A stretch of 10,971 nucleotides of DNA from Nitrosopumilaceae archaeon (lineage in GTDB: Archaea > Thermoproteota > Nitrososphaeria > Nitrososphaerales > Nitrosopumilaceae), in contig CBDATR010000033.1 in NCBI GenBank assembly GCA_965200155.1, forward strand, positions 1 to 10,971, written 5' to 3'. Of this stretch, positions 1 to 10,971 are shown one piece after another. The position numbers and the translations under genes were made by a program. Numbering within the stretch: the stretch's first letter is position 1; every line of letters starts with the position of its first letter. The notes beneath the pieces were generated by a model. That model was not told where the DNA came from and made no database searches. It saw only the letters and a program-made list of their open reading frames with translations.

Positions 1-714
1 TGTACTGTATCTAATCCTAAAGCCCATAGCAATAGTACAATTGACAATGATGTAATCTGAATGATTTGTTACTCAGAGAAGGAGCCAAATGTTCTGAGGA
101 TGTAATATGAATAATAGTCATTATAATGCATTGTATTTAGTTATTATTGCTAGCAAGTATCTGTCACACAGTGGCACTTGGTGTATAATGTAGTTAATAA
201 TCCCGAGAAACAAATCAATTTAAATGAAGCAAAAGAGAAGGCACTGTTGTACTGCCGGGTGTTGTCCTGGAACTACTTACAGCTCTAGCAGGCCCTAAGA
301 GTTAGGTGTGAAGTTACTCGGATGGGAAACACAATGTGGGATTATTTTGTTGTGGAGAGGAGAGCAGGAGAGGGAGAGGAAGAGGGCAGGAGAGGGGGTT
401 GTAGGACATGTGTACAGAGCTCTAGGGAAATTTTTGCCTGATCACATGACACTTGCATGTGGTGACATTGATCTTGTTGAAAGTACAAGAACCTGATCTC
501 TAGACTGTGGGCTTCAATAAAGTTTTACATATTACTATACATACAAAGAACACATTCACTGAATAATCTGAATAATCTTGTAACCATTTATCTTACAATA
601 ATGGAAATTGGGGGGGGGCACCCTTATCACATTCCTGTCTAATTCCCTGGGTGACCAGTGAACACAATACTTGCTTTTCTAGCAATCAGTCTATAGGAAT
701 CTCTCCCCTTTTAG

Positions 715-5690
<4,976 letters not shown>

Positions 5691-5992
5691 TGTTGTCATG
5701 ACAATTAATTATTATTGACATTATTATGTTGTTATTATTATTATTATTTAAAAATTACCTGTTTAAGAGTCAAGTTACAGAGTTATGTTATAGAAGTGTG
5801 GGAATCCACTCCATTGTGCAGAAGGACGAGTGTCCCTGAGGTGAGGAATGTTGTATAATAGAGACTACATGATTAAATTGTGGCCATGGTATCTTGAAGC
5901 AACCCAAAGAGAGAAGGTGTGTAAGCCACTTGGAAAATAAGAAATTCTGTTTAGAAATTGATCACTGTACAAAATTTAATGTTTAATTCCCT

Positions 5993-6708
5993 TTAATAAA
6001 CAAACATCACACGGGTGACCTAGGCTAATACATGCTCTTCATAATTGGAGTGTTGATTAGCTGATTATGATAAATGAGTAATGTTATGACACCCAGAGCA
6101 TATGTATGTATGACTGTAGCTCACAGGCTAAAGCTACTGTATTACAGTGAAACCTGTCTAATCTGACCACCCTTTGGTCACCTTAATAGAAAGGTGGTCT
6201 TTGGATATATACCTGTCTATAATGACCACTGTCCTGTCCAAATTGGTCACATTACAGTGGAACCTCTAAAAGGGAACCCTCTAAGGAGTGAATTACCTCC
6301 CACCAGCTAACTTTCAGAATGCCTCCCCCCCCCCCAGCAACTCCCATAGAAAATGCAGAGCAGGTCACCTCTTAAAGCGAATACCTCCGAACTCCAAATA
6401 GTGAACATAAAAACCAGTAGCTAATTAGAAACATCGGTTTTTATCCATCCGTGACCATTTTGTATCCCTGGCAACACTATTTAATTTAAAGTGTCTAAAT
6501 ATTTGGAATGTGTAGTAGCTACAACATACTGCTTTGTAAAAATTACATTAGCTGGCTCTTAACATTATTTTTCTATCATGCTTTAGGGGTCATGTTTGAA
6601 GATTTTGGTAAATAGAATGATAATTTATTACTTATGACAACAGGTCAAGATGTGTCGGAACTCAGCTGAAGGACTTAAAGGTCACCCAGTGTGCTGTTTG
6701 TTCATTAA
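5993..6708. mobile_element. Unclassified element bounded by ~28-bp imperfect inverted repeats with outer TTAA
   Basis: TTAATAAACAAACATCACAC-GGGTGACC (5993-6020) versus the reverse complement of 6680-6708, TTAATGAACAAACAGCACACTGGGTGACC (2 mismatches, 1 gap). Confidence 0.6.
6145..6415 (+). mobile_element. Two consecutive pogo/Tigger-type left ends (6145 and 6255); no right ends found
   Basis: TA-CAGTGAAACCTGTCTAA at 6143 and TA-CAGTGGAACCTCTAA at 6253, each followed by subterminal GACCAC/GTGAAC/ACCTC motifs. The 3' boundary is approximate. Confidence 0.6.
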
Positions 6709-6974
6709 TAATACCTACCCTACTCCACACCTGACAGAGGCGGTTGAGGCATTTTAGTTTTGGAGGGGCTAAGGGTGAGGTCGTAGGGATTGCCCAAATA
6801 TGCTAGGTAAATTTCAGGAGGAAGTGGGTGGAGATACCATATACGTACATGAGCTTTCATTAATTCTGGACTAAATCTATTTATACAACCTTCTTCTGCA
6901 GCTTAACTCATTTAAAGAACAACAGTGTAGATCTAATTGAAAACTCAATTGTTACAATATAACTCTAGAATTAA

Positions 6975-8231
<1,257 letters not shown>

Positions 8232-8618
8232 TTGTTCACATGATAATTTCTTTCTAATTATACAACTTAGCATAACATTACAATAAGACTATAGATAAAA
8301 AAATTTTAAGAATAATAGGTGGAAACTGTGAGAATAGGTGGCATAGGAGAATATTGTAATAGGCAAAAAAATTAGCATAATTGGGCAACCCCTAGTGAGG
8401 TGAAGTTGTAGTGGCTGCGAAGTATAGAGAAACTATAACGTCGAGCTCAGACAGACAGTATAAGTCAATGCGGAAGCTGCAAATTTTTAATAAGATGGTG
8501 CTACATTACTATTATTGTGTTTATAGAGCCTTGCACATTCTGACAAGTTGTGAACATTCCAACAAGTTGTGTTTGTGTATATACATTGTAGGCAAATGGG
8601 GGGGGCTCTAGCCCCCAC

Positions 8619-9010
8619 TAGGGCTTGATAATTAATTATTCCCCAAATTTTGCCTATAATGCTATTCTCAAATTCTCACTCACACCACCCATAATGCTTT
8701 CGATTTAGCCCATAATGCTTTCGATTTTGCCTATAATGCTCATGATTCAGCACTTTTATTGAACAAAAGTCAATAAAACAAACAAAAGGTTCATCACTTC
8801 CTGTAGCATAATCGATGTTTCAATAATCTCTTCCAGTAAAGAGGTTTGTTGTGCAACAAAACTATCAGAATAGGTATCCATTGGACACTCAGCCATTTTC
8901 AAAGCTGGCTATGTGAATTGCTGATTGTGCTTAGATGTGTCATGTGGTGATAATGACATGCTTACATAAAAATTTTTTAATGTAACATTATGCAACATTC
9001 CCAAAATGCT
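8619..9010 (-). mobile_element. Second hAT-like element, related to the first, in opposite orientation, with one terminus missing
   Basis: Terminus TAGGGCTTGA at 8619, followed by (C/T)ATAATGCT subterminal motifs including a 21-bp tandem unit x2.5 (8688-8740). The minus strand 8896-8756 reads MAECPMDTYSDSFVAQQTSLLEEIIETSIMLQ..., matching the SFxxQQ...IExSIMLQ remnant of the first element. The distal boundary is approximate. Confidence 0.65.
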
Positions 9011-9094
9011 TCTATTTTTGTGGGCGTAACCTGGGCGTTTAGTAATACTGACCATGTGGCCACAAGCAGCTGTTCATGTTCTAGAGCAATAATT

Positions 9095-10068
9095 ATGGCT
9101 TCTGCAAGAGTGAAGAGGAACTATTTGACCCTAGAGAAGAAGGTGGAATTAATTAAATATGCAGAGAAGCACCCAATAGCTGGTATTAGAGAGTTGGGAG
9201 AGGTTTTCAAGTGTGGAAAGACCCAAGTTGGATGTGTGTTGAAGAATAAGGAGAGATTGTAAGAGATGTTTGAGTCAAACAAATCCATGACTAGGATACA
9301 CACTGGTGTCCCACGTGTTTCAGAGTTTTCAGAGGTAAACAAGGCCCTATATGAGTGGTATGTAATTGCTTGCTCAAAGAATATTTATCCCGGAGGCCCA
9401 CAGCTAACTGAAAAGGCAATAGAAATAGCTGAGCATCTAAAGGTTACCAACTTTAAAGGTTCAAGGGGATGGTTAGAAAAATGGAAGAAGAGGTATAATA
9501 TAAGGAGAGTGAAAATTTGTGGTGAATCGGGTGAAGTGTCTGGGGAAACAGTCACTTCATGGAAGGAATGACTCCCCGAAATTGTTGGTAAATATTCTAC
9601 TGATAATATGGACGAAACCGGTGTATTTTGGCAGGCTTTGCCTGATAGTGGATTTGGCCAGAGGGGGAAGCAATGCCATGGGGGGGAAGCAGAGTAAACG
9701 AAGAATTACCATTGCATTTGTTTCAGCTTCTGGTAAAACAGAACTTAAACCCATTGTCATATGGAAATCTGAGAACCCCAGATGTCTTAAAAGATACAAG
9801 GCAGCTCTACCTGTAACATATTTTAGCCAGAAGAAGGCTTGGATGACTGGGGAAATTTTGGATACTATATTAACTAAACTGAATAGACAGCTATCAAGTA
9901 AGAATAGACACATTCTATTGCTAATGGATAATACTGGGTGCCACCCACAGGAACTTGAAGACAAGTATAGCAATATAAAAATCTTTTTTTTACCTGCTAA
10001 TACTACATCAAAGTTACAGCCTTTAGATTTAGGTATTATTAAGAGTTTTAAAGCCCATTACGCAAATA
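9095..10068 (+). pseudogene. Tigger/pogo (TIGD/CENP-B-like) DDD transposase pseudogene, 3'-truncated
   Basis: ATG at 9095 starts an HTH-psq region (RNYLTLEKKVELI...GKTQV), then a CENP-B-type HTH (LYEWY...GPQLTEKA...FKGSRGWLEKWKKRYNI), CGES, NMDETG, KQSKRRIT, AWMT, LLMDN and FLPANTTSKLQPLDLGII. It is disrupted by TAA at 9260-62, TGA at 9569-71 and a +1 frameshift in the G7 run at 9680-86. Homology ends at AHY(R)K near 10066. Confidence 0.95.
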
Positions 10069-10344
10069 CGGTAGTTCAAAATTTGGCTATGAGTTTTTGT
10101 AGAGTAAGAAAAACGATAACTTGGAAAATTCGAACGCATATTGTATCGTGCACGTGAGCCACATGGGATTGGGTGAAAAGACTGCTGGATCCCAATAAAA
10201 AAATTGCTGCATGGAGAGTCAGCTGCTCTGGGCAAATGCATCACGAATGTTATTATTTCGAGGTATCTATGAATAATATTAAAGCACTTTCGGGTTGCTT
10301 CCGTAGCTCTCGTCAGCTTGGACAGACTTTAGTTGCTAGTGTAA

Positions 10345-10863
10345 GGGGGTTGTAAACCATTTCATTTCCGTTTTTCACTTTTTTAATATCTGCTTAATAC
10401 TTTGTCCTAGAAAGTTGATTTTTTTCTCAAAATGTTTGTGATTTAAAAGAGCTTGTGATAGTATATTAAGTTTTTACTTTACTACAACCTAGTTGAAGTT
10501 AGCCTGCAAACTTTCATTCACTATATTTGACTACTTTCGACTATAACTCAACACCATTTTGTCCTAGATGCAAAAAAATTTTTTTGAAACATTGGAGGGG
10601 AGATATGAGTCAGCATGTCATAACTCCCCTCCAATGTTTCATAAACCAATTCCTTCTATTCAAATGAAAGAGCAGGAAAAGAGCTTTCAGAAATTTTTTT
10701 TTTTTTTTTTTTTTTGCATCTAGGACAATGTGGTGTTGAGTAATAGTTTGCAGGCTAACTTAATGTACAATCAACTTTCTAGGACAAAGTATAGGATAAT
10801 ATTATGAGCAGATGTAAAAAAAAAAAAGAGAAAAAAATGGCAATGAAATCCTTTATGGCTCCC
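10345..10863. mobile_element. Foldback MITE, PIF/Harbinger (Tourist)-like, 519 bp
   Basis: TAA flanks both sides (10342-44, 10864-66) with GGG...CCC termini. Nested inverted arms: 10398-10420/10769-10791 (23 bp perfect), 10496-10512/10745-10761 (17 bp perfect), 10546-10578/10709-10741, and a central hairpin 10585-10608/10618-10641. Confidence 0.8.
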
Positions 10864-10971
10864 TAAGTCAGATTGTACAAAGTTCTAGTCCTTTATAATT
10901 AGCTATAACAATAAAAATTATTATGTACAAGATATGACATAAAGTAATCATTACATACAAGTAATTCATGG

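Noticed and set aside
308-496. 62-aa ORF or a further upstream ZC3H14 exon
   Set aside because: It is driven by a purine-rich GA stretch; I found no convincing acceptor with a phase-2 donor and no recognisable motif.
8990-10355. ORFs 8990..9262, 9266..9571 and 9519..10157 as separate genes, plus the overlapping antisense and downstream ORFs
   Set aside because: The first three are consecutive fragments of one broken transposase; the others have no recognisable coding features.

Overview
This window is eukaryotic (animal-type) genomic DNA, not prokaryotic. Bases ~715-5690 (+) hold the 3' nine exons of a spliced ZC3H14/Nab2-type CCCH zinc-finger poly(A)-binding protein gene. All eight junctions in my model are GT-AG and phase-compatible; the 5' part (start codon, N-terminal domain) lies upstream of the window. 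The reconstructed protein has only three CCCH fingers and ends in a W...HISERTFAV tail. Its introns carry pogo/Tigger-type MITEs, a MITE-derived 74-bp minisatellite and an (ATTT)n microsatellite. Bases ~5990-10870 are a pile of decayed DNA transposons: an unclassified inverted-repeat element, two related hAT-like elements (one with a Kolobok-like element nested inside), a pseudogenised Tigger/pogo DD32D transposase and a Harbinger-like foldback MITE. The compact introns, CpG depletion and repeat style suggest a marine invertebrate such as a demosponge, but I cannot verify this. I found no convincing new biological system; the best leads are the reduced ZC3H14 architecture and the nested transposon families. 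All homology statements come from motif recall, not from searches.
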